Of a DNA stretch of 64,000 bases, positions 1 through 11,270 are shown piece after piece (within the stretch, counting starts at the first letter, position 1; every line of letters starts with the position of its first letter). The stretch lies in the NCBI GenBank assembly GCA_050951545.1, contig JBMNJG010000007.1, positions 576,001-640,000 on the forward strand, given 5' to 3'. The stretch comes from Limnochordia bacterium (GTDB taxonomy: Bacteria > Bacillota > Limnochordia > DTU080). The notes beneath the pieces were generated by a model. The model was not told the origin of the DNA. It worked only from the letters and a program-made list of their open reading frames with translations, and did no database searches. The position numbers were made by a program, and so were the translations under genes.

Positions 1-34
1 TCGTGCTGCGGCGGTTTCCTCTGGATGAAACTGA

Positions 35-660
35 CTACCCGTGCCATTTCCATTGATAGCCTGCTACGCTGAAGCTCCAGCGCAGCGTTGACGGTGCCCT
101 CCATATCCGACCGCCGTCTTCGCTGGGGGTCCTGCCAGTACGAATCATGAACTCCAACATCCACTCTCTGCTAATCAGGTGCTTCACCCAACGCCAAGCA
201 GCTTCTGGATGGGTACAATCGGAGCTAACCTGAAAACCGTTCATGATCAGCATGGTACCGTTGTTGTCCGGGCCCTTGGGAAGCTGTGATACGTCCTACT
301 CGAAACGGTCCCCTACCTCACGAGGCATGGACCCCAACAGAGACGGACCATCCACTAGCGAAAACCCAATTTTGCCAGCATAGAAGAACTTATAGCCGTC
401 CCACATGCGGTTGATGTCGAAGGCGATGTTATGAGTCACAAACAGATCCGTCAAAAACCCTAGACCAGCGCGGCCAGCAGGTGAGCTAAAGGTGGGTTTC
501 GTTGGCTCATCGAGCCTGTCAAAGAGAAGACCGCCTGCCTGATGGGCGAATATGGGCCAGCGATAGAAGCTGTTGTTGACCTCGACGCCCCACTGGTCGA
601 GCCTTGAGTAGCCCAATGCCAAAGAGGTGATCGCTGCCCAGTACGGCCAACTGAGCCTGC
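35..660 (-). pseudogene. ABC sugar-binding protein remnant (family 1 SBP), 5'-truncated with internal stop
   Basis: ORFs 296-622 and 35-253 are in frame and separated by TAG at 296-298: RFE*DVSQLPKGP, where intact paralogs read FEWDV. HPEAAWRWVKHL motif present. No signal peptide. Confidence 0.75.
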
Positions 661-667
661 GAGTTGT

Positions 668-2743
668 CTACTTTTCTACCAGGGCTAGGGCTGGCTTTGG
701 AAGTGCTAACGCAGCAGCATTCTCCGACAACTGCTTGCACTGCCCTCGCAAAGCGCCCAGCACACTGAAGAAACGGCGGTGTTCACCCTCCTTAACTGTT
801 CCGATCCACTTTTGCGTCAACACCTGGTCCTCTAGTGTTGCCTTGACTGGCCTGGATATGCGTAGTGGCCACAAGAGCAGCAGTGGCCCCTGTGACATCG
901 GAATGCTTTAGAGTAGCATTGGTGGCGACTACTGGCTCCACCATGCCATCAGAAAAGGCGAGCACCTGATTGCGGTGACCTTTGAGAATAGTGATGCCGT
1001 TCATTCGCAGCTCCATGAGAGAGAAAGTATGGTAGGGAACCCGCGTACCTTGAAACAGGCCTTTGACTAGGATGTAGGGTAGGCCGTCTTGTCTGTCTGC
1101 CCACTCAGCGTAGGAGAGACGTCGGATGGTCCACCGGTTTACCAGGTCCTCGGGTTCGCTGGGCGCGAGAGTCTCATGCGGCCAAAACGACTGCCCTAGG
1201 CGGAAGATGCCTGTATCAATGCCGGTTCGCTCTCGGTAGCGTAGCCACTGCCCTTGCCCAGTGAGATAGGCGACTGTGTTGAGCATACCAATGGAGGCTG
1301 ATTCCAGAGACCAGTCCGGAACTCGCCCCGAAACGATTATTTCCTGCTCCTTGATCAGCTCTCCGAAGCTGCCATGCTCAACGGGCACCCGATCGCTACT
1401 CAAGAGCAGGTAGGTCACGATAGGGGCGAGGTTCGTAATATGCCACTCCTGGTGGCCATGCTCGAGATCCACATAGGCATACTCGTGCAGCGAGCCAAAG
1501 TGGTTAACGCAGCCACGCAGCGCGTAATCCCAGACTGAGTCCTCGTACTCCTTACTGAAGTAACGAGCCAAGGCATACAGTGAAGTGGCTGACCAGGCGG
1601 CGTGCCTGTCACCGACAGCCACAGGCACCTGGTTGTGCTGCTTGTAGATGCCCTCATCACGGCGATGTTCTAGCTGCCGCGAGAAGGCATTGGTCACTTT
1701 CAGACGTTCAGCATCGGAAAAGATCGGGCTCTCTTCGATGAGGTCCCAAAAGAGGATCAGCATGTGAGCAGTGTAGTGGTACGGTCCAGCCAGAGGGTCG
1801 TCTTTGTTCTCCGTCTTTTCCCCGTCAGCTATGAGCTCCTTCATCGCCTGTTCATCGGGGAAAGCCAACCGTAAGAACTCCTGCGCGTGGAAAGCGTCCC
1901 CTGTCATGTAGTACAACGCCATGCGCTTGCTTATGATATTCCACCCGAAAAACCCCGAAGAGCCTGAGGCTACCGAGGCCTCCCAGATCTCCACATCCTC
2001 TAGCTTATCTGGAACAACCAGACCCTCACCGAGCGCTATCTCCATTAGCCAACCAACAGAAAGACGACCCGCATCCCCTTCAGCTGCCGCAAGCTCTTCT
2101 AAGAAGACATCCGTGGCTCGGCCCACACCAGTAGCATCGCTGCCACCAACCAAGATCACGTTCTTGCCATCACCAAACGGATTGTGCACACTGCGTACGT
2201 TATAGCCGCTCGCCCCCGGATACTCTAGATCGATCAGCGAGAAATGCAGGTCATAGAGGCTACTCATGGTCTTGTTCGTGGATCGGTTACCCAGCACAAT
2301 CGGTGCGCTGTCAATGGTGAGCGAGTGGGCGCCCGTCCTGCATCATAGTTAGGCGTATGCCATGCGGATGGTACGTGAACCGCTGCCTCAGGGTCAGTAT
2401 CAGTGACTATCGGAAAGGTAACACCAGTGATCTGGGCGATAGCATGCTGAATGCGTCTGGCTTCCTGATCGTACGTACCCTCATGCGAAGTCACGATTAG
2501 CGTATTGGGGCGACCCTCTTTTACTAACTCTGTATCGATGTGCAGATCCTTGAGCTCGCTATACACTGGTGGGTTGGGCTCGGGCACGGGTTGTCTTGCG
2601 GACGGTACCAAAAACACGCTACGCACCAGCAGTTTCGGCGTTGATAGCGCATGCGTGTACAAATAGACAGCAATCTGAGTGGTGCCTGCAGGAGCCTGAC
2701 CCCAAACGGTTACCGCCTCAAAGTCCTCGCTGTGCGGGATCAC
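668..2743 (-). pseudogene. Fragmented large carbohydrate-active-type protein (alpha/alpha-toroid, lyase/heparinase-like)
   Basis: Three successive overlapping ORFs (2264-2743, 792-2297, 668-898) read as one frameshifted protein. Segments NPFGDGKNVILVGGSD and ILFWDLIEESPIFSDAER. The family call is weak. Confidence 0.5.
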
Positions 2744-3193
2744 CCTCGCCTACTATGCTAAGTGTACCTGCCTTCGGATTTGCGTAAGGCTACCAGCCTG
2801 GGGGAGGCAAGAGGTGTTCGCCACCGCTGAAAGTAGGATTGGTCAGAAGATTCATGGATGCTGTGTCAGAGCACGAAGCGTTGACCGCTACCAACAGGAG
2901 GAGCAGAATTGCGAAACTGCATGTGCGGCTCAATGTGATGCCAACGTACCTTTTCATCGCTTCACGTCTACGAAGAGTCCCTCGGGCGCTCGTTGTTTAC
3001 CCTGGTACTACTGAATTCGTGGGCTTCTTTGAAAACCCTACCGAAGGAGCCCTCTCCGCGGTTGGCTGGACAGGAGATGACCGCCCGCAGGCAGAAACGG
3101 TGGGGAGCGCCACTAGCGCACGCGGTGGTGACCGGATGTGGAGGAGCGATCGTGGCAGACCAGGTGCAGTCCCGCAAGGTGAGGCGGCCGGAT

Positions 3194-4366
3194 GTGCAGG
3201 TGCTTACCGCCTTGTACTTCCTCTACTTTTTCTCCTACGGAGTCTATCAGCCGTATATCAACCTCCATTTTAGGCGATTGGGGATGCCCGGATCGCAGAT
3301 TGGTGTTCTCGCCGCCTTGCGCCCACTGCTGATCATCTTTGTGCCCCCATTTGTAGGGTACGTGGCAGACCAGCGTCATGCGCATCGCCGAGCTCTGGGT
3401 TGGCTGTTGATGGGAAGTGTGGTGCCTTTCTATCTGCTGTTGGGTACGCATGACTTTCGTCTGCTGCTGCTTACCATGTTTGCCTTCTCCGCCTTCACTA
3501 GCGCTATCACACCGATGCTCGATACGAATGCCTTGGACGTGCTGGCAGGGGACCGCACGCGCTATGGGTTGCTGCGCCGCTGGGGTTCATTGGGCTATAT
3601 GATTGCTGTAGTGGTGTGTGGCCAACTGGGCGAGAGAAGCTCAATTCCCACGCTGCTTGCCGCCTCCGGGGTGGTGCTGTTGCTCGCGGGGTGCGTCGCC
3701 TGGCACTGGGGGAGGCAGACTGTCGATTTCCCGTCGCTATCAGTGTCAGGTTTGGATTCCGACACCTCTCGGCGATGGTGGAGCGAGATGGCGAGCACCT
3801 GGGGCGAGGTGCTCCGTTTGCCGGGGATGGCAGCACTGTTTGCCGCCGGGTTTCTGGGGTGGGTGGCCTCGTCCACGTATCAGATATTCTTCACGATTCA
3901 TGCGGACGCCCTTGGAATGTCGGAAGGGCTGATTGGGGTGGCCTGGGGCATCGCCGTCGTCAGTGAGATCGTCTTCCTAAGTCTGTCGCGGCGGTTTCTT
4001 ACGCATTGGGGGGCCAGGACTCTCTTTGCCGTGGGCCTGTCCGCTGCCGCTCTGCGTTGGAGCTTGTATGCGGTGGTGGAGAACGTCTATCTGGTGTTGG
4101 GCTTGCAGATGCTGCACGGCTTGACCTTTGGTGCCCTGCAGGTCGGGGCGGTGACCTATCTTCACGCCCAAGCCCCGCCTGAGAGGCGTTCGGGGGCCCA
4201 GACGCTTTGGGTGGCACTGACCACTGGGGTCGCAGGTGCCATCGGCGCCTTTGCCGGAGGACCTCTGTCGGATGCACTGGGTATACAGCCCTTGTTTGCC
4301 CTGTCAGGAATCCTGGCCTTGGCTGGGGCGTTAGTGGGCTGGTTTGGTGTGAGGACTCGGACCTGA
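3194..4366 (+). CDS. MFS transporter (MFS_1-like, LacY/nucleoside symporter-like)
   Basis: About 12 hydrophobic segments. YGLLRRWGSLGY and QMLHGLTFG motifs. GTG start after a GGTGAGG RBS; the ORF is open from 2993. Confidence 0.85.
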   Translation: MQVLTALYFLYFFSYGVYQPYINLHFRRLGMPGSQIGVLAALRPLLIIFVPPFVGYVADQRHAHRRALGWLLMGSVVPFYLLLGTHDFRLLLLTMFAFSAFTSAITPMLDTNALDVLAGDRTRYGLLRRWGSLGYMIAVVVCGQLGERSSIPTLLAASGVVLLLAGCVAWHWGRQTVDFPSLSVSGLDSDTSRRWWSEMASTWGEVLRLPGMAALFAAGFLGWVASSTYQIFFTIHADALGMSEGLIGVAWGIAVVSEIVFLSLSRRFLTHWGARTLFAVGLSAAALRWSLYAVVENVYLVLGLQMLHGLTFGALQVGAVTYLHAQAPPERRSGAQTLWVALTTGVAGAIGAFAGGPLSDALGIQPLFALSGILALAGALVGWFGVRTRT

Positions 4367-4393
4367 TTCAAGTTCATGGGGGAGGTTTCTGGG

Positions 4394-6646
4394 ATGAACA
4401 CCATCAGTCGACGTTCCCAACGCAGTCTTCTAGCCTTGATGCTCCTGGCGGCGATCATTGCCCTCGGTGCCTGTGCCGTGGCCAGCCCAGTGGAGGGGCC
4501 AGTGAGCATCCGCACCCTGTGGCAGCTCGATGAGGCCGTTGAGCTAGATGAGTTCAGAGGTTTTTGGACGGGTGTTCTTCTACAGGAAACCGCTGAACAA
4601 CCGGAGCTGGCTGTGACCTGGTCCCTGGATAGCCAAGCCTTCTGGCCCATCTGGCGTATTCAGGTTGTCGCCAGGCGCGATGCACTGGGTGTCGGTGCAG
4701 GGGCAGGGGCGCAAAAGGAATTCTCATTGTGGCCCGGCATGGAAAGTCTCACCTTGACGACGGTTCAGCCCATACCCGGTCACCGGTACGAGTCGTGCTT
4801 AAGCTACGATCCGGATCTAGGAGGGTTGTCGGTCGTCATTACCGATATGACGGCGGGAAGTGAGATCGTCGCCGACAGCGTTGCTGTACCTGTGCGCCAG
4901 GGCGCCTTCCATCTGGCTACGGGTTTGGTGGCCGGGGGTCAGCGTCAGGAGCAGGCCTCGGCGAGTGTGTTACAGGTAGAGCATGGTTACGTGCCGTGGG
5001 GTGTGCGCTGGAATGTGGCTGTGAGCGAGAGCCCACACGGGGCACCTTTGGCGACCTTTCATGTCGATCGCACGGATGAGGCGATCCTGGATCTAAGCAT
5101 ACCTCATCCAGTGCGAGGCGAGTTCGACCTGTTGCTGGTGCAAGGCGACAGGCAGCTCGAGCTAGGGCGAGTGAGTTTGCCTGCGAGCGGCAGCGTTGCC
5201 ATTCCTCTGCAGGTGGCTGACTGGCCCCTGGGACCAGTCTCCGTGGAGCTGCGCTACTGGGACCGATCAGAGATGACGTTCTGCGCCCAAAAGAGCATCG
5301 TGGTAGGGCGCCTGGTGACGAGTTTCAGTCCGCTGGAACTCGATGAGGATCGGCAGAGCGTCCAGACGACGATGTACTTGAGCAGTCAAGACGAGATGGC
5401 TGATGTGCCCGTGGTGGTGGAGGGGCGGTGGACCGAGCGCGTATGGGACTCTGTGGCCCGCAGGTATCGGGAGCGACTAGCTGCAGATCCCCTGGTTCTC
5501 TTTGCAGGTCCACTAAGCGTAGCTGGCCCCGACTCCCCAGGCGAGGTAGCGCTGTCGATTCCGGTTCCTCGGGAGCCAGGTTTCTGGCGGTTGCAGGTGG
5601 TGCCTGCGGTTGAGTCGGGCGTCCTCGTGCAAGCCTACCCTGTTCAGACGCAAGTTTTCACTTATCCGCCCGCCCAGATTGCCAGCGGCGAGCCCTATAC
5701 GATCGCTGTGTACCCTGACGTGCAGTACTTCAGCAGAAGCTACCCTGAGATCTTGATGCGCATGAATCATTGGGTGGCGGAGAATGCGGCACAGTTGGGC
5801 ATCGGGATGCTTTTGCAGGTGGGGGATATCACGAATGACAACAACGCTGAGCAGTGGACTCGGGTGCAAAACAGCTTTCGCCTCCTAGACGGTACCGTGC
5901 CCTACGCTTTTTCGTTAGGGAATCACGACATGGCCACAGGAGGAGGTAACGTGGCAGAGCGGGGCTTGAGCCTTGTTCAGCGATTTTTCACGCCAGCGGA
6001 TTTCGCAGGCTACAGGGGGGCCTATCCGGAAGGTACCCTCGACAACACCTACCACGAGATTCGGCTGGGCGATGACGACTATCTTGTCTTGGCCTTGGAG
6101 TTCCTTCCGCCTGATGATGTGCTCGCCTGGGCCGATAAGGTGATCTCGGCGCATCCGGATCACCGCGTGATACTAGTGACGCACTTTTACTTGAACACTG
6201 TAGGCAATAGGGCCCCTGCGGGTCGTAGCTCGGGTTATCCTTTGACACAGAACCCAGCCACGACGGTGAACGAGGGCGAAGAGATCTGGCAGAAGCTGTT
6301 GCGCAGGCATGAGAATGTCTTCATGGTCTTCAGCGGGCATCTGAGCTGCACAGCAGTACCCCGCAGGGTCTCCAGAGGGGATAAGGGCAACCGCGTCTAT
6401 GAATTCCTAGTGGACTACCAAAGCGAGCCCGACGGAGGCAGCGGCTGGTTCGCGCTCGTGCACTTCACGCCTGACAACAAGGTGCTGGTCGATGTCTACT
6501 CTCCGTATCTGGGTGTCTATAAGATGGACAAAGACCGCTACGGCTTTGGGAACCGCTTCACGATCGACCTGGAGACGGGGAGGATCAGCGAACCGCTAGA
6601 TGGCTCTGTGAACGCTGATCTGATTCCCGACGATCTGGCAGCCTGA
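4394..6646 (+). CDS. Secreted calcineurin-like metallophosphoesterase with long N-terminal beta-rich region
   Basis: C-terminal motifs PDVQ, GDIT, GNHD, VTH and SGH. Signal peptide. GGAGG RBS. Confidence 0.85.
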   Translation: MNTISRRSQRSLLALMLLAAIIALGACAVASPVEGPVSIRTLWQLDEAVELDEFRGFWTGVLLQETAEQPELAVTWSLDSQAFWPIWRIQVVARRDALGVGAGAGAQKEFSLWPGMESLTLTTVQPIPGHRYESCLSYDPDLGGLSVVITDMTAGSEIVADSVAVPVRQGAFHLATGLVAGGQRQEQASASVLQVEHGYVPWGVRWNVAVSESPHGAPLATFHVDRTDEAILDLSIPHPVRGEFDLLLVQGDRQLELGRVSLPASGSVAIPLQVADWPLGPVSVELRYWDRSEMTFCAQKSIVVGRLVTSFSPLELDEDRQSVQTTMYLSSQDEMADVPVVVEGRWTERVWDSVARRYRERLAADPLVLFAGPLSVAGPDSPGEVALSIPVPREPGFWRLQVVPAVESGVLVQAYPVQTQVFTYPPAQIASGEPYTIAVYPDVQYFSRSYPEILMRMNHWVAENAAQLGIGMLLQVGDITNDNNAEQWTRVQNSFRLLDGTVPYAFSLGNHDMATGGGNVAERGLSLVQRFFTPADFAGYRGAYPEGTLDNTYHEIRLGDDDYLVLALEFLPPDDVLAWADKVISAHPDHRVILVTHFYLNTVGNRAPAGRSSGYPLTQNPATTVNEGEEIWQKLLRRHENVFMVFSGHLSCTAVPRRVSRGDKGNRVYEFLVDYQSEPDGGSGWFALVHFTPDNKVLVDVYSPYLGVYKMDKDRYGFGNRFTIDLETGRISEPLDGSVNADLIPDDLAA

Positions 6647-6687
6647 GCCACAGTGAACCTTTCTCGTCTCGAACGCCCCTTGACTAT

Positions 6688-7809
6688 GTGAGAGGTGTTG
6701 ATTGGGGGGGGGTGCAGGCGTTGCCTGTCACGTCGTACGCTAGGGATGCGGAACTGGTGGAGTTGTTCCAGCGGGGTGATAGTAGCACCGCTTACGCCGA
6801 GCTGATGCGATCTCACTTACCATGGGTCTTGGCGATGTGCCAATACAGAGTCGGCGATGACGCCGAGGACGTATGCCAGGAGGTGTTCCTGGAGGCCTAC
6901 CGGGACCTTCCTGCGTTGCGTAATCCGCAGCTGTTCAAGGCCTGGCTGGCGGCCATCGCCCGAAGGCAATGCCAGAAGGCCATTGCGCGTCGCCACGAAA
7001 CGATTCCACTGGATTTCGCATCACCGCACTACGATCCATGGTCCGACGTCACGAACTCGCTGGATGCTGAGGCAGCCTTGATGTGCTTGACGCCGTCACA
7101 ACGTCAGACGGTTACCGTAGCACTCCTCTATGGCTATCGCGTGCAGGACACTGCGCGAATCCTGGGCATTCCAGTGGGAACTGTGAAGAGCCGACTTCAT
7201 AGCGCCCGACGACGCCTCAAGGAATTCCTACAGAATCGAGAAGGGGAGTCGAAGATGGATTCTTCTGCCAAACGGATCGTTGCCGAGGTGGAGAAGCGAC
7301 TGGAGGAGTTCGAGGCTGCGATGATCAGACCTGTTGACCGGAATCCGGAGCTGCTCGACCCGAACGTGCGCTGGTGGCACGAACGCCGTCAGGCGGATGC
7401 CGAGAACAACGCTCGGCTGTATGGCATCGAGGTGCCGGATGTGGGTATGAGAATGACCCGAGAGAGGATCATGAGCGGGACGCTCTCGAGAGGGTGGGTT
7501 ACGCGTGAGCACTGGGCCATTCCCGAGGGAGCCTCGTGTATGGATGTACGGGATCTGTCGCGACGACTGCTCGTGTCACCGTTTACCATCTGGGAATGGA
7601 GTCGCCAGGGCATGCCGACAATACGTTACTACCCGTGGCGGCGGTATGAATGGGACATGGTATCGCGATGGCTGGCTGATCAGGAAATAGAGATCGCCCG
7701 CGAGGCGTCAGTTACCCAGCTCGATAACCTCACACGTTATGTCTTGGAGGAGGTCCGATGTGGACGGGGCAGCGTTGCTGACGCCGAGGAGATACTTGAG
7801 AGTATGTGA
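6688..7809 (+). CDS. ECF sigma factor with C-terminal extension containing a helix-turn-helix
   Basis: Sigma2 (DAEDVCQEVFLEAYRDL, FKAWLAAIAR) and sigma4 (TARILGIPVGTVKSRLHSARRRL), then about 185 extra residues. The true start may be 6712 or 6721. Confidence 0.85.
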   Translation: MRGVDWGGVQALPVTSYARDAELVELFQRGDSSTAYAELMRSHLPWVLAMCQYRVGDDAEDVCQEVFLEAYRDLPALRNPQLFKAWLAAIARRQCQKAIARRHETIPLDFASPHYDPWSDVTNSLDAEAALMCLTPSQRQTVTVALLYGYRVQDTARILGIPVGTVKSRLHSARRRLKEFLQNREGESKMDSSAKRIVAEVEKRLEEFEAAMIRPVDRNPELLDPNVRWWHERRQADAENNARLYGIEVPDVGMRMTRERIMSGTLSRGWVTREHWAIPEGASCMDVRDLSRRLLVSPFTIWEWSRQGMPTIRYYPWRRYEWDMVSRWLADQEIEIAREASVTQLDNLTRYVLEEVRCGRGSVADAEEILESM

Positions 7810-7927
7810 CTGGAATAGTCTCTGCTAAGCAGCGGCGGAGTGCGGCAGAACGACTCGATCGATCTGGAGTTGCATATGTATCCACCTCCTCGTGCAGTCT
7901 ACAGACGACTGACGGGAGGTATGGTGT

Positions 7928-8176
7928 ATGAGAGGCAAGATTGCTGTCGATGATGAGCTGGGCAATGTGCGTCAGGCACTGGCGGATGCTGGCTATGAGG
8001 TGGTCGGTATCGAAGAACCCACCGAGTCTGCGGATGTGGTCGTCTTGAGTGGTATGACGCAGGACATGGCTGGCTATCAGGGGATGCAAAGTGACAGCGC
8101 CGTGGTCAACGCCGCGGGCATGTCTGCGGAGGATGTCGTGGTCGAAGTGGGAAAGCGACTACGCAAGAGGCTGTAA
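7928..8176 (+). CDS. YkuS/UPF0180 family protein
   Basis: 82 aa with the pattern KIAVDDELGNVRQAL..GYEVV..VVNAAGMSAEDV. GGGAGG RBS. Confidence 0.8.
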   Translation: MRGKIAVDDELGNVRQALADAGYEVVGIEEPTESADVVVLSGMTQDMAGYQGMQSDSAVVNAAGMSAEDVVVEVGKRLRKRL

Positions 8177-8283
8177 TCGGTCAAGTTTGCGCATCCCGCG
8201 CGGTTTGACGACGGTTCGCTTCTCCACTTTTACTTGGACATGGACAGTAATCGGGACACAGGCCGTCAGGGTACTTCGTCGCA

Positions 8284-9307
8284 TCAGGGTGTGGACGTCA
8301 TGGTCACACTGTCCGAAGGAAACGTCTCGATATCAAGCCACAGCCCCACATATTCCCGAGATCGAGTTTTCGCCGGGGGTATGGCTATTGACGATACGTT
8401 GTATGTCGTGCTGGAAGCTCCGCTGTACGGAGATGAGGAAATTATTAACTTCGTACCCCTGATCGAGGACCTCGGGCGTATACTCATATTGCCATATTCG
8501 CTGTCGACCGTCCTTCTCTGTTAAGGTTTTCGCCACCAGATTCACCGAGGCGTTGGGGTCATATGCATAGTCTGTTACTATGGGACCCTCTACGGCAAGT
8601 CCCCGCTCGTCGTAATCGATGCTTAGTATCTCAACCCCACAGTAGCCCGTCACCTTAGTGATCACAACTTCTACTTCATAGACCCCTGGGGAGGGCAAGT
8701 CAAAACGAACAACCGGCCAGTCCTTGACATCATCACCCCAAGACCAACCCCCAATGTTGCCGTGTGTTTCTTGTTTTAACCACGCAGTCTCCCCCAGCTT
8801 GCGCGCCCGGACCACGTAGTAGATTTCCTTCCTGATCGGTGTAGCTACATAGAAGGTCTTCACCTCTATGTAGCCATTGGCGATTGCCGGTGTAACCCAG
8901 ATCCATCTCCTTTGGCTATAATCGAGCCAAACACCGGAATCAGATTGGGCAGTCGCGACCCCCTGGGTAATATCAACCAGCATGTCGCGGGTCTGGGTGA
9001 CATTGCCATTGCTATTATCTACGGTGTTTTCCCGCACCAGATAGGTATCCTGTTGCTGACGCGTGTATTGTTTGAGCGGGGTCTGAAAACGGGATTCATG
9101 CTTGCTTACTTGAGTGGTTGCCTCTGCCTCGCTACCCACAACATGCTGACTATTCACCACCTGGTTGCCATACCAGTCCCAACCCATCAGATTCACCGAA
9201 GGCGGCCCCGGTTCAAACGCGGCGTTGTATAGCGTCGTCGTCTTCTTGGTGGGCAGCCTATACTCTGGATGGTAGGTGTACTCTACCAGTTTTTTGTACC
9301 GCTCCAT
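8284..9307 (-). pseudogene. Internal fragment of an Rhs/YD-repeat protein, inverted relative to the adjacent Rhs core
   Basis: YD-like segments VEYTYHPEYRLPTKKT, NGNVTQTRD and TDYAYDPN. Apparent frameshift near 8420. No proper start. Confidence 0.6.
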
Positions 9308-10160
9308 CGCCGGACACCGTGTAGCCAAGGTGAGCGATGGCCAGGTGCAGCACCTGACCACCGACCATCTGGGTTCGGTGCGGGTGATCAGTGACCAGAC
9401 GGGCGCCCCGGTGCAGCGCTTCGACTACCAGCCCTATGGTGCAGACCTCTACGAGAACACACAGACGGGACCCAAGTTCACAGGTAAACCCCAGGATGCA
9501 GTGGGGTTGTACCACTACGGAGCCAGGTTCTACGACCCTGAGCTGGGCAGGTTCATCACGATGGACCCGGCCAAGGATGGGCTAAATTGGTGGGCCTACT
9601 GCAGTGGCAATCCACTGAAGTATGTGGATCCGGATGGGTACTCCTTCGTACCACCTCAATTAGCAGGCATGATAGGTGGGGCTATTGCAGGGGGTATTTA
9701 CCAAGCATACAGAACATACGTCGACGAGGGGCAAATCAACTGGCGTTCGGTTGCAGACGGGGTCGCATACGGCGCGCTTGCAGGAGTCGCACTCTATGAA
9801 CTTTGCAGCTTGGTTAAAGCTGCCCCAACCCCTGTCTTATACCCCGCCACCCAGGGGACGAGTAAAGCTGCAACGGAGCTACGTGTAATCGGTCACTATC
9901 CCGAGTATGTTCAATTGGCCAACAAGTTAGATGCCAAGGTGTTTTCAATACCACAGGAAGTGTGGTCGAAGATGTCCCCAGCGGAACAATGGGCGGCTAA
10001 CCAGAAGTTCCTAGACCGTGCAATCGCGAAGGGTGCGGAGTTTATCTTGGCTACACCGATTGATCAGGTGCGCTCAGGTTCATTCTTGGAAAAAGAGATC
10101 GCATATTTGCTGTCGCAAGGTTACCGTCTGATAGAGAGTGGAACCAAGCTTGTGAAGTAG
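9306..10160 (+). CDS. Orphan Rhs repeat-associated core plus C-terminal toxin domain (5'-truncated)
   Basis: TDHLGSVR, FDYQPYG, FTGKPQD, GLYHYGARFYDPELGRFITMDP and YCSGNPLKYVDPDG motifs, followed by a variable C-terminus. Confidence 0.9.
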   Translation: MAGHRVAKVSDGQVQHLTTDHLGSVRVISDQTGAPVQRFDYQPYGADLYENTQTGPKFTGKPQDAVGLYHYGARFYDPELGRFITMDPAKDGLNWWAYCSGNPLKYVDPDGYSFVPPQLAGMIGGAIAGGIYQAYRTYVDEGQINWRSVADGVAYGALAGVALYELCSLVKAAPTPVLYPATQGTSKAATELRVIGHYPEYVQLANKLDAKVFSIPQEVWSKMSPAEQWAANQKFLDRAIAKGAEFILATPIDQVRSGSFLEKEIAYLLSQGYRLIESGTKLVK

Positions 10161-10179
10161 CAGCAGGAGGGAGATACTC

Positions 10180-10620
10180 TTGGCCTTAGTTGATGACGCC
10201 ATAGCCGCAACAGAACTGCTGACTCGTGACGGTACCTTTTCGTTAGGCGAGGTCCGGCAGGATGAGGCAAATTTTGGCAACTTCGTTTTCGTGCTCACGT
10301 CAAAGGCCGGCTTTTGCCTGAGATTCGTGAGAGATAGGGGCGACGTCTGGTGCGATATTCGCCCAAATGGCTCACAGGGTGGTTGGTATTACCTAAACGA
10401 TGTTCTGGCGGTTCTAGGAATCGATGCTCCTGCTGGTATTAGCGACTGGAAGAAAACGGTTGCTGCAATATCGGGCATAGTAAAGGGAAATATGTCTACC
10501 CTCGCCGAGGCTCTCAGCCCAAACGCTGCTCCTGTGACCATTGAAAAGGTCAGGGCCTATGCTCTGAGGCGAGTGATGGGACGTTTTGGAACTTCAAACC
10601 TGATATCAGATGATGTCTGA
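10180..10620 (+). CDS. Putative Rhs immunity protein
   Basis: Small, lower-GC ORF 19 nt after the toxin stop, with a strong AGGAGG RBS. The call rests on position only. Confidence 0.65.
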   Translation: MALVDDAIAATELLTRDGTFSLGEVRQDEANFGNFVFVLTSKAGFCLRFVRDRGDVWCDIRPNGSQGGWYYLNDVLAVLGIDAPAGISDWKKTVAAISGIVKGNMSTLAEALSPNAAPVTIEKVRAYALRRVMGRFGTSNLISDDV

Positions 10621-10745
10621 AGAGCAAATGGTACCCTCTGCCATGTGTGGCGGCAGAACTACAATTCTGCAGCCGATCATGACCCCTGCAACATCCACAC
10701 AAAGCGTCAGAAGCGGCAATGACGCAACTGCCACTCCTGATGGCC

Positions 10746-11270
10746 ATGTCTTGTCAAGTGGTGTAATTGCAGCTCCAACGCGTCAAGACAAAACTAGATC
10801 GCTGCGACTTCTGCCGAGCTCTTCTGCGTCACGGACTCATACAGCTTGCTCATAGATTGCTCACTAAAATACCTTTTTCCTGTCATCCAATCCTCGTGCT
10901 GTTCGAGCAGTATTGCTCCGGCAAGTCGTGTCGTCGCTGACCGATTCGGGAATATGCCGACCACGTCGGTACGGCGGCGAATCTCGCGGTTAAGGCGCTC
11001 CAGAGGGTTCGTTGATCTAATCCGTCGCCAATGGCTTGACGGGAAATGCATATGGCTCAACAAGTCTGCAGCAGCCGAATCAAGGATACCTGCCGCCTTT
11101 GGAAAACGTTTCTCCAGTTCCAACACGATTCGTTTGAGCTGGGCTTCTGCGAGTCGGTGGGTGGGTTGCTGAAGGATTGTCCGGACCAGATTCCCCACTT
11201 CTGGCTGAGCCGATTTTGGATCATGGGTGAAAACGCTACGTTTCAACTGCGCCAAAATGGCCTAGAACGC
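10746..11270 (-). mobile_element. IS256-family remnant (3' part of the transposase plus right end)
   Basis: HWRRIRSTNPLERLNREIRRRTDVVGIFPN motif. Terminal sequence TTACACCACTTGACAAGACA on the minus strand just after the stop. Confidence 0.85.

Noticed and set aside
8234-8524. 96-aa plus-strand ORF
   Set aside because: Antisense to the Rhs fragment; no RBS or recognisable motif.
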